A program made the position numbers and the translations under genes. DNA of 63,291 nucleotides, counting the filler, from Choristocarpus tenellus KU-1152 (Eukaryota > Protista > Phaeophyceae): NCBI GenBank assembly GCA_964200185.2. It is 10 parts of 10 records of this genome, joined end to end, with 100 filler letters (N's around TTAATTAATTAA, not from the genome) between each part and the next. Parts side by side here need not be neighbours in the genome. Positions count along the whole stretch, not along the records: positions 1 to 3,835 come from CAXNAD020017658.1; positions 3,936 to 9,009 come from CAXNAD020011965.1; positions 9,110 to 15,420 come from CAXNAD020008413.1; 7 more parts are not named here. One strand, written 5' to 3'. This document shows, piece after piece, positions 1 to 13,415 of the stretch. Positions within the stretch are counted from its first letter, which is position 1. Each line of letters starts with the position of its first letter. The notes beneath the pieces were generated by a model that did not search any database, was not told the origin of the DNA, and was given only the letters and a program-made list of their open reading frames with translations.

Positions 1-176
1 CCCCCAGGAGACACCAACCCAGCCCCCCCCTTGAGCCCCTCCCCCCCAGTCCCCTTCCCCCCCACACAACCCCCCCCCCCCCCGGCCCCCACTACAAGAA
101 GAAACGATACCCCCCCTAAAAAAAGACAAGGTAGAAACATTAACAAAAACCTCGTGGACAAAACAGCGTAAAGCAC

Positions 177-2327
177 CTAGGATGGCCGCCATCTCCCCAG
201 GAGACACCAAGCCAGTCACCCCCTTGAGCACCTGCCACCCAGTACCCTTTCCCTCCACACTAACACCCCCTCCCCTTGATGCTTCCACCCCGACTGTTCC
301 TTCTGAGGCAGTCCGAGCAAGGAGGCGTTCCTCCCCTTCACTCCGCCTCCTTCCAGTAGCAGAACCTCGACCCTCCGGAAGGCTGTAGGTCAGATCCAGG
401 AAGGCCAGATGGCATCCCTTCCCAAAAATTTGGAAGCAAATAAAAAAGTATAAATAAAGTCAGTGTTAATGTATGTGAGTGGAGGGATGGATGCCACAGT
501 GAACACATTCAAGTATCAATAAATAATTAAAATAAATAATATATGCTGGAACACATAATGTATACATGGATGGGAGGGATGCCTATAGAGGAAAACATCT
601 TCCTTTTTTTATGGCCTCTTTCTATCTTTTTTCTTTCTCCTCTACTACTACTGAATGTACATTCTCAGTGTAGGAGTACCTATTGCCTTCCACAACAGGT
701 CTGGGACCCCTCAGAACAACAACAATAATAATAATATAACGATAGGAGAGATATATGCCACAACAGGGTAGGTGGTGCAAGAGTTGGGGGTGTAGGGATC
801 ATTGCAACAACAAAAAACACATTTCCAACAGCAACGTTCAGCCAATGAAAGGCACCTGTCCTGTCCTGTCCTTTTCAAACGTCCATTTCCCTCTAAAATA
901 GTTCTAAAATAATTTTCTCACCATTACCGTTTACCATTACATACACGAACTATACGTGATGATACCTTTTTTTTGAGATAACAGACCTCCTATCATACCT
1001 CACATATATATATATATATATGTATTTAAACTTCAAAATATGATTTGCTTCTAAACAACAATGGGGGCTTTTCACTGGACTGGGTAAACATGACAGGACC
1101 AGTCAAGGTTGAAACATCACTTTAGAGGAACCAGTCCAACGTCGTCAGATAAACGTATCTCAACATGGTCAGAACGAACCCGTTGACACCACAACTGGAC
1201 CAAATCCAGGGCCAATCGTAACCCATCAATATTCATCAGAAAAACATGTTTCACCTGGAGCAATTGGCTCAGGTGAGAACTATTGTTGCTACATACTTGG
1301 ACCGGGCTTTACATTCACAATGGTGGAATTGATTGGAAGGCTTTTCGAATTTCAGTTTTCCCGAGCTTGGATTATTCTGACAGGGTCAGTAAATTCAAAT
1401 GCAATTTTTGATAATGCAGGACTGGTCCAGGGCCACCGGAGAGTATAATTGGACCAGGCTGTGGGCCCATTCAGGTGAAACCTGCCTGAACAGGGCTGGA
1501 CCAGGGCCATCAAATTATGACCGGACTGGGCAACACAGTGGTCAGCGTCCATGGTCCAGCAAGCCAGCCAGGTTCACTGCTGGTCCGGGGTGAAGCCCTG
1601 CTTTTACAACAGTACTAGTAGTAGTAGTAATAGTAGTAGTGGTAATAGTAGTAGTGGTAATAGTAGCAGTAGTAGTAGTAGCAGTAGCAGTAGCAGTAGC
1701 AGTAGCAGTAGCAGTAGCAGTAGCAGTAGTAGTAGTAGTAGTGGTGGTGGTGATAATAGTAGTAGTAGTAGCAGCAGCAGCAGCAGCAAGAGTAAGATTA
1801 TTATTTGTAGTAGCGGCAGTTATAGTATTATTATTATTATTATTAGTTGTAGTAGTAATCCTTTTCTGTTTACAAAAGAAAATACGGGCTCAAGGGATGC
1901 CCCCCTCACAAATAGAACCCTTGTCTCCCATCCCACCTGTCCATAATCCACGATTTAAGACTTCCAGTTGTTTCATTGAGTACAATACACGTGCAACATC
2001 AGATCCATACATTCTTCTTTTTTGTGTCCAAGGGAAAATGCCTTCCAAGAACCGTACCTCGCTGTAGTCAACTGCACCAGAACGCCTCCTGAAGTCTTCC
2101 ACCCCCATTGCCCTCCCCCCATGCGCCCCAGCCTGAGCTGTGGTCGCCACGGAGCCGTGACCTCCACCTGACTGCAGGACCCGTGAACCTGGACCTCCAA
2201 GGAGAGGTTCTACAAGGGTACCGGTATCTGCTCCACTGCCGTGCTGGTTTTCCTATTGGTTGTATTTATGATGGCGTTTAGTATTATCATCCACCGAGAT
2301 TCAGGGGCAGAAAACAGTAAGTCATGT

Positions 2328-2365
<38 letters not shown>

Positions 2366-2490
2366 GAAAAAAAAAAAAGGGGGGGGATATTACAAGAAGG
2401 GGGAAGAGCACACCTCCAACCCCNNNNNNNNNNCGCGCATCCTTCTTCCGATGGTTTTAGTGAGAGTGGCAGGGGCGGGAGGGGGGGGGG

Positions 2491-2533
<43 letters not shown>

Positions 2534-3605
2534 AGGGAGGGGATGAAGCTTGTAGAAAAAAAGCAGACGTGGATATTATCAGCGGGATGGGGAGATGAAA
2601 GATAAAACAGTGTGGGGGAGTTCCAAGTACAAGGGAGGGATGCACGACGACTACATTAACAGCTTGATGGGTATGGCGACTGTTTTTTGAGGTGGACTAA
2701 AAGAGGGGTGCTAGTGGATATTGGGGGGGGGGGTGGACGGAAATGCATAAAAATAAAACACAATAAGACAAACACCCATGTCTTGTACAAAGAGTCACTT
2801 TACATCAGAAATAGCATTGGCATTAGGGAGGAATGAAGGAGGGCCGACGACTGCATACCTCGCCACACCTACCACCCACTACCTACACAGCAGAAAAGGG
2901 CTAGCTAGACCTGCTGCGTAAATAAAAAAAGTAGCAACACGAAGCGATTCTATCGACAACCCTAACCTTAACATACACTACTACAAATCATTGCATTCCA
3001 ATACTGAAGCAGTCCACAGATCATTCATTATACACCAATACATCTCACCTACACATTCCTCCGTGAGACACATCCCCCCCCCCCCCCCCACACGATATCA
3101 ATATGTACACACACTTTGCAAAAAACATTCATCTACATCCAAAATACAGAGTGCAAGAAAGGCAGGGGGCAAGGGGGGGGGGGAATACAATCACCTCTCC
3201 CTCATCAGTCAGGTAGTACACCATGTTGCCAGCAACGCCTTCCTCCTCCAGTACAAGCCCATCACGCACAGGCATTCCTCCCACCGCTGCTCCAGACCCC
3301 CTGCCACCCGCCCCAGCCCCGCACACCCCATTTCCCTCTTCCTCTTCAGGGGTGACAAACAAGGAGGCATACTCCTTAAAATTTCTCAAGCGTGTTCTGT
3401 AATTGCCACTACTATCTCCCTCCACAGGCAACTTGATGAGGTGTCCACGCTTGGGAAGGAGACAAAGCAGTGTGAACAGGCTAAAGAGGGCATAGTAGCC
3501 TGCCAGGATAGGCACCATGCTTGCAATGGTCTTGTTCTCAAACCCATACAATTTGAGGAGGGCAGGGCCCTCGCGAAATCCTCGGAACTGATTCACCACA
3601 GCTAT
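177..3605 (-). CDS. Full-size ABCG (PDR-like topology) transporter, partial; exons 3605-3195, 2252-2058, 417-177
   Basis: Exon 1 encodes the end of an ABC2 membrane domain (IAVVNQF...LLKLYGF...ILAGYYALFSLFTLLCL). Exon 3 encodes the start of an NBD (CHLAFLDLTYSL...QVLKGVTGLVSPGEMAAILG, just before Walker A). All boundaries are AG/GT and the junctions are phase 0 and in frame. Confidence 0.85.
1611..1858. repeat. (AGT/AGC)n microsatellite, intronic
   Basis: Direct inspection; explains the poly-S/L/V ORFs. Confidence 0.95.
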
Positions 3606-3635
3606 CTGAGGGGAGTCGTGTAAAAAAACGCACGC

Positions 3636-3715
3636 GAACATGATTGATATGAATATCATTGATATGAACATGATTGATATGAACATGATTGATATGAACA
3701 TGATTGATATGAATA
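3636..3715. repeat. 15-bp tandem repeat GAACATGATTGATAT x5
   Basis: Direct inspection. Confidence 0.9.
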
Positions 3716-3835
3716 CATGTAGTAGTGTAATGTGGTAGTACGATCTCCAAACACACCTGCATAACATTCCTCGAGGTCAAGCTCAAGTGAAAGAAAGAAA
3801 GAGAAAAATACACCCATACAAACATGCAACCCCCC

Positions 3836-3935
3836 NNNNNNNNNNNNNNNNNNNNNNNNNNNNNNNNNNNNNNNNNNNNTTAATTAATTAANNNNNNNNN
3901 NNNNNNNNNNNNNNNNNNNNNNNNNNNNNNNNNNN
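3836..3935. other. Artificial contig spacer N44-TTAATTAATTAA-N44 (also 9010-9109, 15421-15520, 22103-22202, 35154-35253, 39541-39640, 44985-45084, 48859-48958, 60255-60354)
   Basis: Nine identical 100-bp spacers carrying an all-frame stop linker. Confidence 0.98.
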
Positions 3936-4136
3936 CATGTCGTTATTAGCCCTAAAGAAATAAAATATCCTAACCATAAGAACACTAGTATATTCTATGT
4001 TTTTTTTTATGCCTTCTGACATTTTGCAGATGTGTCAGGGGGGAAACCTATATCAATAACTGTTTGTCGTAGAAGGGTCCCTTGTGATTTTGGTTTAATT
4101 TTTTCCCAATAAATCTCCAAAATGTGAGAGAACATA

Positions 4137-4575
4137 ATCTTCACGGTGGAAAGTTTTGGACGCCTCGGTAAGGAAGCAGAAACCTTTCTGGATGAGTTGG
4201 CTACACAAGCAGTAGTAGGGGGGAGAGGGGCGGGATGCTACAGCAGGAAAGGAGCTGTCAGATCCCGTTTACAACAGATAGTGTCTGTCACAACACAAGT
4301 GACTCTATCAAGATGTGTCATGCGTTTTAAGGCGGAGACACCAGGGAGATGGGCAAGGAGGGGCCTGTCAGATTCTTGGGATGCTTCCCTAGCTCATAGC
4401 CCTGCGGTGTAGGGCTAAGCTAGGTTGGAGGCATAGCTGATAGTCACATGGAAAATAGATAATAGAAAAATATCTTTCACATTTACGACAGCTGGTACTT
4501 TTGTAAAAGTTCTTATGATGATATCGAATTGGGTTTTCATTGTTTTTTCCCCTAACATATCCGCAAAATGTCAAG
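4137..4575 (+). mobile_element. 5'-truncated RLE-type non-LTR retrotransposon: ORF C-terminus plus 3'UTR
   Basis: VESFGRLGKEAETFLDELA...RLQQIVSV resembles the C-terminal RLE domain of CRE/NeSL-like LINEs. Homologous copies at 39641 and 52455. Ends in the family 3' motif. Confidence 0.7.
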
Positions 4576-4594
4576 TAATATAATAGTTTATTAT

Positions 4595-6660
4595 TTTTTT
4601 TTTCATGCCCTCTGACATTTTACAGATGTGTCCGTGGGGAAACCAATGAAAACTACACATTGTCAGTATAAGCCCTAAGGAAATAAAATTTCATAAATGT
4701 GAAAGGCACTAATCCATTTGTTACTTCACCACTATGTTGTACTACTGCCTTCTTGTGTCTCCAATCTACCAATTATATCTGTGCCGTGAGGGGAGGAGCT
4801 AGGGAGGCATCCCGAGAATCCAATAAACCCTTCCGTGCCCATCTCCCTGGTGATTCTATTCACATGGCAGAAAAATCCTTAAAGAAGTAAAATTTGTCAT
4901 AAATGTGAAAAACACTAATCTATTTGTTATTTCACTACAATATAATATGTTTTAGCACTGCCTTCCTGTACCTCCAATCTACCTATTCCTGCACCCCAGA
5001 GTGAGGAGCTAGGGAAGCTTCCCAAGAATCCAACAAACCCCTCTTTGCCCATCTACCGCTAAAAACGATGTCACGTCTAGACATTGCCACCTTCGTTATT
5101 ACCAAGACTATTTGGCGTAGGCGGGATTTGACAGTATCTTAAAGAGCCCTCTGCAAGTAACAGTTAGTTGTTGTAAATGTGAAAGATGTCTCTCCAAGAA
5201 CTTTTGACTATTTGATACATAAATGATAATAATCATATTTGCATTTTTTTCTGAGTCAACCATCCTCTGAATAATGTTTTGCAAATTATGGGTGGAATGC
5301 ACGTTGATGGCTGACGATAGTTAGAGACATCCTGTAGTCAGTATACAGTGACTGGTAGTAGTATATTTTAGAATATAATGAATGCTCTCTGACATTTTGC
5401 GGATGTGTGAGGGAAACCCAAAAACTATGTCACAACTGTTGTTGTAGTTGTGGCCAATTTTAAGACACCTCTCACCATTTGATACCCAACAATACAACAA
5501 TAATGTCCCCTTAGAGATTGTTCACTGCAAAGTAATGCGTACGCTGGTATCCTTCTATCCTACCTTTGTCCTGTGAAGGTGGGTGACGAAGTAAGGAAGT
5601 ATCCCAAGAATCTTTTAGCCTCCTTCCTGTCCACCCTCTTACCACCACCACTACTGCTACTACTGTTAAATATTTTCGGTAAGGAAAAATATAAATAGTT
5701 CCCATAGTTAAGAAACGTACTTGTACGAAAGGGAAGGAGGAGGTTCTTTCCACATTTGAACATAAAATCTTAATTTATTTCATAATCCTAAACACCTCTG
5801 TCGTCACATGAACTTATTCCAAAATGTTCTAGTAGAACTTAGCGGTATCACATTAATCCTACTGCAAACGGTTATGTTTGTTGGTTTACGGGGAGTTATG
5901 TATATTATTTTATTATTATGTCCTCTGACATTTTGCAGATGTGTCAGGGGGAAAACCAATGACATAAACATATTTAAATATTTCTTCCGATTAGTGACAG
6001 CATCGTTTTTCAAAAGTACTAGTAATATATATTCCATTGATGTGTGTTTTTCGTTGAGACATTTGAAAATGTAGAATATAAACACAAAATATTAAAATTA
6101 TACATACTCAACACTAAAATATAAAATACTCAATATGGAAATTACTGGTTTTTCCATCTGTATTTTCCATTTCATATTTTTTTATCGGCATTAAAATTTT
6201 CCAGATGTGTTAGGGGAAAAACCAACGAAAAGCCATCTCAACATCATAAGAACTATAAAAGTAACAGTTGGTCCAAAATGTGGAAGGTATTTTTTCTAAC
6301 CACTTTATGTTTTATTATTTTGCAGATGTGTCAGGGGGGACACCAATCTCCACTTTATCATCTGTTACTTTTTGAGGAATTTTTCTGATATGAAATGGTT
6401 TTCATTTGTTTTTCCCCTGACGACACATCTACAAAGGATAACATATATTTACATAATATATGTATATTTTGATAGCCTCTAACATTTTTTAATAATAATA
6501 ATGAAGTGATATTCATCTCGTCTATTATTTTGTACAAGTATATATTATTTTCCCTCTCACATTTTGAAGACATGTAAGGGGAATAACTGATCAAAACCCA
6601 ATTCATTTACACTTCTATTTTATTTTGCCCCTTGACATTTTGTAGATGATATTGTAGATG
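4595..6660 (-). mobile_element. Cluster of truncated 3' ends of the same RLE-LINE family
   Basis: Repeated CTCTGACATTTTGCAGATGTGTCAGGGGGAAAACCAA motif preceded by T/TTA runs. 4595-4860 is the reverse complement of 39840-40120. Confidence 0.7.
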
Positions 6661-6759
6661 TGTTTGTTAAAGAGTCAAAATATAATTGTTCGGACCTTCA
6701 AATAGATCAGTTAAAAATGTTCGGTAGAACTACAAGATATATATTATTTTTTTCATTTT

Positions 6760-8800
6760 ACTATATAGCAATAAACGGTACAATAATAAAGCATGTACCA
6801 ATATTGGGAATCACTATACCGAGCTCGGTCAATTTTTTCCTTACTTCTCTCTTGTCTCAAGTACATAGATACCTTACGTTGTTGGAGGTGTGTTGACGGT
6901 GAGATAGATGTGGGGGTAAGGGAATCGAAGGCGAAGGATTGCTGGGTGTGCTGGCTCTGATATTATTAGAGAGGCGAATTAGTGGACTATACGGTGACCA
7001 CCATTGGCCTACCCTATGGTGTTATTACTCCCTTGTCCATGATCGATTTTGACTTATCGTACTGGTTGTCTGATTAAAGCTGGATAACTTGCTGGTTGAC
7101 TGGTGGATCAATATAACTGACGAATTTTCTTTATTGTCCAAAGGAACCCAACCAACTGTAATTCTTCGGAGTGCTTGGTTCCATTTGACAGCTCACTGAT
7201 TGTTACTTGACGGAGTGCGCTAAGGGGTGTGGATGGGAGCATACCTCATTTAGATATCCAGCAGGGCCTCCTGGAGGTCCTATCTCCGGGAGGGAGGTGG
7301 GGTGGGAAGTGGAAAGGGAGGGGAGAGCAACAGGGCTGGCCGGGGCTAGCACGCCGAGATGATCTACAGAAGACCCATTCGCGATGTTGTGGATGAGCGA
7401 CATGGAAGGTGCCGTGGCAATGCATGTATAGTGCTACAATGTAGTCCCTTCTCTTTCTTTTTGATCTCGCGTTTGTTGTCTCCCCGTTAATGTATTGAAG
7501 GTCTACCACTGTAGGCCGCGAAACGTCGAGGTTTCCAGCATTGTGTTTTGTTGGTAGATTCCCGCTGTCTACCTGATGGTAGTGTCACTGTCCAACAAGA
7601 CAAATAATCGAGGGTGGGATTATAGGCAAGAAAGATGAACCTTGCCCCTGGATATGGTATTATGTAAAACGTGAAAAGCACGATTCGTGACTCGCACGCC
7701 GAGAGGGAATGGGCACTGTTACACTTGTGCAATCCATCTAGCCCAATCTGCAGCAGAACTTTCCTTGCTCTAGGCTTTCATATCGAGCTTTGCCCATGCT
7801 ATTTTAGACGGCATTGAAAGTCCAATGGGGGTGATGATCGGCGACCTCCTGGTACCGTAAAGTACAACTGGTACCACCAATTGTGTGTTGGTATATGAGA
7901 TGTGTGGACTGATTGGGGGGTCAGAGTCGATGAACAGTACAGCAGAGTGGAAACTAGTGAGAATGGATAAACGGTTGAGGTGATGGAATATACATCATCG
8001 GCCCCGACCCTTGTACTGCTGTTGCACTAGAGCCTTTGATGGCATGGCCGTAGAGTTATGAAGATGCTCTCCTATCACCAATCCCAATCAACTTCTGCAT
8101 CTCAACAGTAAATTGCCTTTTTGGTACGTTTGTGCGTGTTATGTGATAGTGGGGAGGTTGAGAGGTTGAGGGGGTGAACTGCAAGTGCGTGAGAGGATAC
8201 AGGGTGATGTTTTGATCTCTTAATTTAGAAACGTCTATGGCGAGCAAGACTTGACTTCATCCCATAATATAGTTGATATCGTAACATTAGCGATCATGGT
8301 CAATTGGAATGATGGTAATAATAGTATGCTAAGAGTAGTAGGGGTTAGGTCACACAATATGCCGTACCAATGGAGTGATAAGAAGGAAAAGAAAAAATAA
8401 TTTCTTGATCCTGGTATTGGGAATGAGGTGGCAGCAAGTGATCGGAAGACGAGCCAGTTTTCACCGTGCCGAAATTGTGGTTTGAGCGATACCACTTAAC
8501 GAGCCTTTTCGCACTGGATATCCACTCCCCCCCCAGTTCTCTTCATGTCTATGTGTTCAACGCTTAACGTGGTGCCTGAAAACCTTTGCATTATTGAACC
8601 ACTGAGGCTATTGCAGTATGTTGTTCTCATCTTTGGAGACTCTTGTCTTAATACTAGAGAATGCCGAAGACCTTTAGATGGCAGAGGAGAGACATCCAAG
8701 CAAGAAGATGTGTTTTTTTTTTCCTTTTTGCAGCTTTGCTCTATTTGGAGTTGATTTATCCTGAAGGTTTGAGCCCTTCCCATCGAGCAGGGTGACAAGG
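6760..8800 (-). pseudogene. Highly decayed L1/Tx1-like LINE ORF2 3' region
   Basis: Fragments KRTGGGVDI (post-RT GGLG-like) and LVGFLWTIKKIR (C-terminal W-x-I-W-like), many stops, A-rich end near 6745. Motif match is weak. Confidence 0.35.
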
Positions 8801-9528
8801 GAGAGCACTGTTGTACTCCCTCGTCCTATGTCTCATGATTCGGTCGTTGGCCTTCACCTGAGATGCTCGAAGGGTCCCTAATTCACTCCTTGTGAGCACT
8901 TTTTTTGTTTATTTATTTATTAGAATTGACTGTTTCCTTCGCCAAATAGTAGCATTAAGTGTTGCCTTGTTGGGGGGGGGGGGAGGGAAGGGAGGCATCT
9001 ACGTGCCAANNNNNNNNNNNNNNNNNNNNNNNNNNNNNNNNNNNNNNNNNNNNTTAATTAATTAANNNNNNNNNNNNNNNNNNNNNNNNNNNNNNNNNNN
9101 NNNNNNNNNAGTAAAGGTCACCCACCTCCTACAGGTATGAAAACTTGCTCCCCGAAAAAAAAAAATCGCATATACGGGAACATGGTGTGTCAAGAAGTTT
9201 TTTCTCAGGGACGTTTCGCAGTCAATCTCATCTTCTCACTCTTGATTTGACAGCACATGGGCAAGCGCACCTGCAAACACACAGGGGACAAGCGGTTGCC
9301 ACGTCCAACTAATCCCTTCAAGGGATAAACTCTCAAGCCTTCGAGGGTGCACGCCACGGAGCAACGCCAACACACGGCAAACTCCCAACAACAAAAGCGA
9401 TACCGCATCATTTTTTTCGGATGAGATGTTGTTGATGCGGCATCGCTCTGCTACAGTGCCCATGCGCATGCACAGAAGCGGGAAAACTCGGCTCAGAATC
9501 TGAAGGACGAGTACCTCATGGCAACCAC

Positions 9529-9565
9529 TACCTACCTACCTACCTACCTACCTACGTGCTCATGC

Positions 9566-9598
<33 letters not shown>

Positions 9599-9600
9599 TA
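9529..9600. repeat. Adjacent (CCTA)n and (CAGG)n microsatellites around a GTGC-TCAT-GCAC palindrome
   Basis: Direct inspection. Confidence 0.9.
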
Positions 9601-10370
9601 CACTCCATCCACTCTTGTGTGATGTGAAAAAAAAATTGTTTTGTTTTTGTTTTTGTTTTAAAATCAGAACAAAAATCGGACGGGACATGCAGCGCACAGC
9701 CTGATACGAATATAAAAAAAAAAAACAGCACCGTAGTTTCGATTTTCGCTCATTTCACACTTCCGCACTTACGTCTATAACTCTCCGTGACCGTAAGATA
9801 CAACGGACGGCTCGAGTCCGAAACTTCGACAGGGCGACAAGCGGTGAACCCACGGAGAGAAATGGAACGTACAGGGCGACAAGCGGTGGGGTCTCTCAAA
9901 CGACTCCCAAACAAGGCAGTCAGTTGGCTCCATGTGATTCCTTCGAGCATCATCTCAGGGTTAGGGCTGGCGAAGGACAGAGACCGTGCACGCACGCAGT
10001 CTATCACCTCGATCCTTTCCAATAATATATATCTATATATATCTATATTTATCTATCTTCTTTATTTTTTTCCGGTCACACACTATTGAGTACGCAAGAG
10101 ATAAAATTGTAAAAAAAAGGGGGAAAAAAAAAGAGGTTGCGGTCGTCGGTACACGCCCCACATCACATCACCAAACGAAAACGACTCTGTTCGGCACCAA
10201 CAGTCGAGAAGCGGCCTAGAGCAAAAAACAAACAAACAAACAAAAAACACGGTTGCAACTCCATCTCACGACCAAAATACTCTGCGATTTCGCAGCCCTA
10301 CACCAAACCAACCCTGCACCTACAACGCATCTCTTGTTCTTGTTCACTATTTATTGACAGTGACATTCAC

Positions 10371-11256
10371 CTAGCTCAGTTATGCCATCATCGAGATGCA
10401 GACCCTCCTCCGGCGCAAAGCACAACGCTCCCCCTCCCACAGCATTTTCTAAGTCCCCCTTAACCCCACGCGTTCGAGAGGTGGATACCTTCCCCTCCCA
10501 CCTCCCTGACCCCTCCGCATGCCCCTGCCACTGTGCATGTCCCTGATCCACCAAACCCAGCTCCTGCCCCCGTTGAGACTGCCCCTGCCCCTGCCATAAA
10601 TCCTGTTCTTTCCCCTTGACCCGTCCTCGGCCCCGCCCAGACCTGCTATACCTCACTGGTCCTCGACCTCGCTGCCCCCCTCCCCCTCCCCCGTTCAGTT
10701 TGCACTCACACTCCTTTACCTCTGGGAAAGACGGTGGTGGCGATGAGGGCAGGGGAGGCCCTGGTAAAAAGAGGTCACCGTCAGGGGGAAGCTCTTTTTC
10801 CCGAGACAGCCAGCAAGGGTTGGTGAGTGAAACTGCCACTTCCTTAGGTCCAAAAGGGCTCAGAAGGGCTAGCCGTTTGCCCTCATCCTCGTCAAGATAG
10901 TGTATGAGGTGATCTCCCCCGCCTGTTGATCCATTGCAGTGCTCTAAGGGCTCTCCAACTTCCAATCCACTGTCTTTAAGGCCAGAGATAGGGTTGGGGG
11001 TAGAGGTAGGGGTGGACAGGGTCTTGGTGGGGGTCGTGGCAGCAGCTAAGGAGACTTGGACCTGGCCAGCAGCAGGATCTGCACATGGTTCAAGAGCATA
11101 ACGCCGGCGCTGAAGGGTAGGGCATTCTAGCCCTCGAGAAGAGTAAGAGTTAATGACGTGTCTACCATCCACCTTGAGCTTCACACGATCTTCCCGAACC
11201 TTATGAGGAGGTAGGTATATTTGTGCAGGGGTGTTGAGAGGTACATCGATAAACAT
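10371..11256 (-). CDS. Large, probably first exon of an uncharacterised low-complexity protein; possible downstream exons near 9750-10014 and 9236-9469
   Basis: ATG-initiated 301-codon ORF with donor G|GTGAAT at 10371. Downstream minus ORFs have LxxLxL-like segments (RLESLSLEG, VRSISLRG). Splicing is not resolved. Confidence 0.5.
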
Positions 11257-13415
11257 TTTATTTATGGGTTGTTGAGTTACGGGTTCAAAAGATCAGGGGG
11301 AGGGGAAGGGCAATCTTGTACAGCTGACCACATTTAGGATGTGGTCACACAATAGATGGTGCCGGTGTGCATGTGTGAATTTTGGAACACATCGTTTTTC
11401 ACCGTAGAAAGATACGCACACATGGCCAAAACACAAGAATACATCCAAATGATGTCGCTTTGAAGGCACACGAATTCAACAGGACAAATAATCACCCAGA
11501 GGCACAAATTTTTGCTTTGCCGTGGAAAAGAGATTTTGCACAGCTGTATCAAATGATATTGAAGGTAGTAAAGACAAACCTCATCCCGGTCAGGAGCTGC
11601 CAGTCACAAGCAGATGGCGACTATGAGACACATCCTGCAGGCATCAAGGGGGAGGAGTTAGTTCATCACATACCCGATTTGGTCCCTGCTGAGTGGTGGT
11701 ATTTCTCTTGACGTAATTGATGCCATCCTTCTTCAACAACGTCACATGCTCCTGAGGGACAGGGTGGGTTGAGCAGTACTATTGTCACTAGTCACTATCG
11801 GAAGAAATGGAGCGTGCATGGTGTGCGCGTGACCTTTGCCTCCACTGTATCCTACTTCAAATCTCCCATCGTCTGCAGATGGGGAAGCAAATTAAGCTCA
11901 AGCAGATGCCTATTTCATAACCACGACACGAACGTCTCCCTCGGCGTTACAAGTGAAATGCTCACACAGACTCAAACCAATTGTATAGGTGGAGCAATTT
12001 TCCTTGACCCACAGTAAGAATCTCTTCCAGTCAAACGGGATTTAATCTTATCACCATTTTTTAAAGAAGATTTTCAAATGTAATTTCCTGCCCCATACGG
12101 TGGGGCCGTGGTGGCGGCAGCCCTATCAGCCTCGTGTCTCTGTTTCGCTGGAAGAACGAACAACACTGACAATCAACACAAAGAGCAATGTTCGACTCAG
12201 TGCCAAAATTCGCACAGCTAATACTAATGTAGTTAAATCTATGCAAGGGGTCCATCAGTCGGGAACGAAAGCGTCGCAATGTCACCTGAGTCCATTGCTT
12301 CAAACGATAAACATGCACACACTGAGCTGCTATTACCATCACACCACTGATATATACGCCAAACAGGTTCCCACATCCAACCTAGTTGCAATATATAGGT
12401 CTTCCCTCATCCAATAGCCTGAACTAAGTAAGTGTCAGGGTGACTCAGGATTCCCCGTTGGTACCGCACCTTGGAGCAGAGCAAAATCGTGCCGCTACGT
12501 ACGCCTTCAGCTGGAAGAACCGAAGTTCTTGACAACCGGTACTTCCAGGGGTTGGCCAGTATATCAAGGATCTCGTCCTTATTTAGGCGCCGGCATCGTC
12601 CCACGTGTCGCAGACTGGATCCATGACTAGGGCTGCACGTCCTCCTCACATCCTTAGCGCTATTGAGACTCCAAGAGCATCGTGGATCTGTACTTGGGGA
12701 ATGGGTACCAGTCTTCATTCTTAGGTCAGGTATTGAGGTAACACTGTTGTCGATAACCTCGCACCCATCTTTCTTTGGTCTTCGACTGGGCTTTGAGTGC
12801 TTCCAATGAGATCTTGATTCTCGATTTAGACCCCGCCCACTCAACAGAACAATCCCCACGTTCTCAGTTACTCATTGCTCAATGTATATTGATGGCGTTT
12901 GACGTCCATATGTACAAAGAGGAAATATAACTGTTTCATTTACCGTGTATCAATGAAAATTACACCGCGTAAAGGTATAAAGATATACAATTGATAACGA
13001 TTGGCAATTCGGGAAGATATTGGCGCTTAGCAAATGTCATAGCCAGAAACAGTCAGTCGATTGCCCCGATTACCCCGTTTGATATACATTCACCGAACTA
13101 GTTTATAGGACCCCATTCAGCAACCAGTGCCGTTCAGGTGGGATGTGTTTGAAGAACACATCTCAAAGGTAGTTGTGTTTGTAAGGGATAAGGCGCCGTT
13201 TTCTATTTCCCCCCCTCTGCCAGGACCTTGGTTAAGGATCTGCGTGGCCCGAACTCGGGCTTAGATACGTGGAGTGAGGATAAGCTGTACCCTTTGGGGT
13301 CTAACGTCGAGTCCAGGGTAAGCAGGGTTGGGATTTGAACGGTAGCCTCGGGTGGGGGACACCAGTACCTATTTTTTGGCACAGTGACGGACGCTGGTCG
13401 CCTCAAGCTTGGAGG

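Noticed and set aside
1-125. Apparent diverged duplicate of ABCG exon sequence (~194-280)
   Set aside because: Differences are almost all to C at a contig edge, which indicates low-quality read decay rather than a paralogue.
2326-2545. Poly-Gly ORFs and G-quadruplex-like tract
   Set aside because: Homopolymer artefact around a 10-N gap; the left side is a corrupted copy of the right.
3880-3891. TTAATTAATTAA as piggyBac target or regulatory motif
   Set aside because: Synthetic linker inside N runs.
4016-6660. CRISPR-like ~35-bp palindromic repeats
   Set aside because: Irregular spacing of up to ~800 bp, both orientations, no cas genes, eukaryotic context; explained as LINE 3' ends.
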